From contig DCKB01000021.1 of NCBI GenBank assembly GCA_002320595.1, positions 36,508-100,507 of the forward strand: a stretch of 64,000 nt of DNA, in the 5' to 3' direction. The notes beneath the pieces are model-generated. The model ran no database searches. It saw nothing but the letters and a program-made list of their open reading frames with translations, and was not told where the DNA came from. Of this stretch, positions 63,895 through 64,000 are shown in pieces (the first letter of the stretch is position 1; every line of letters begins with the position of its first letter). A program made the translations under genes and the position numbers. Origin of the DNA: Christensenella sp. UBA1685 (lineage in GTDB: Bacteria > Bacillota > Clostridia > Christensenellales > CAG-138).

Positions 63895-64000
63895 TCCAGT
63901 GTCACCCCAATTCGGGAGGGCGGCGCCATCCGCTCTCCCGGCTATGGGAACTTAACTTTGCCAACGTCTCATGGTACATGGAGTCTCTTTCCAGGGCGGA

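Overview
This 64-kb chromosomal window looks like it comes from a fairly GC-rich, spore-forming Firmicute of the Clostridia type. That assignment is an inference from GGAGG-type RBSs, a T-box leader, ytxC, an LCP protein and a PPxTG-type sorting signal. I support about 61 protein genes, 2 tRNAs (Ala-GGC and Leu-GAG) and one threonine T-box leader. Three of the genes are absent from the supplied ORF track: an edge-truncated binding-protein gene at 1-1671 and two Cys-rich ORFs shorter than 60 aa. Uptake systems dominate: three family-5 (Opp/peptide/opine-type) ABC importers (one truncated at the left edge), one BMP/nucleoside-type ABC importer, an APC permease and a FeoA-FeoA-FeoB iron importer. 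The rest is peptidases (M42, IadA, PepT), housekeeping genes (thrS, hslO, anmK, thrC-like, two SAM methyltransferases, ytxC) and small regulators. I found no CRISPR array, transposase, integrase, prophage or recognisable defence genes. Many long ORFs in the track are antisense shadows of real genes, and several real genes start well downstream of the ORF-track start. The observations most worth follow-up are: (1) a GGTTAG-N6-CTAACC palindrome repeated five times on three promoters around the feo locus, implying an undescribed metal regulon whose regulator is not in the window. (2) A 188-bp multi-hairpin element in two inverted copies 22 kb apart, each in the 3' UTR of a gene, with compensatory base-pair changes. 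(3) A 10-gene operon joining an Opp-type importer to creatininase-family, OCD/mu-crystallin-family, FGGY-kinase and DeoC-aldolase genes, possibly for catabolism of a sugar/amino-acid conjugate. It lies inside a roughly 23-kb lower-GC segment that abuts tRNA-Ala. (4) Paralogous cytoplasmic C39-like cysteine-peptidase-fold proteins and C_GCAxxG_C_C redox-type proteins. All family assignments come from motif recognition by eye. No database search or computation was run.
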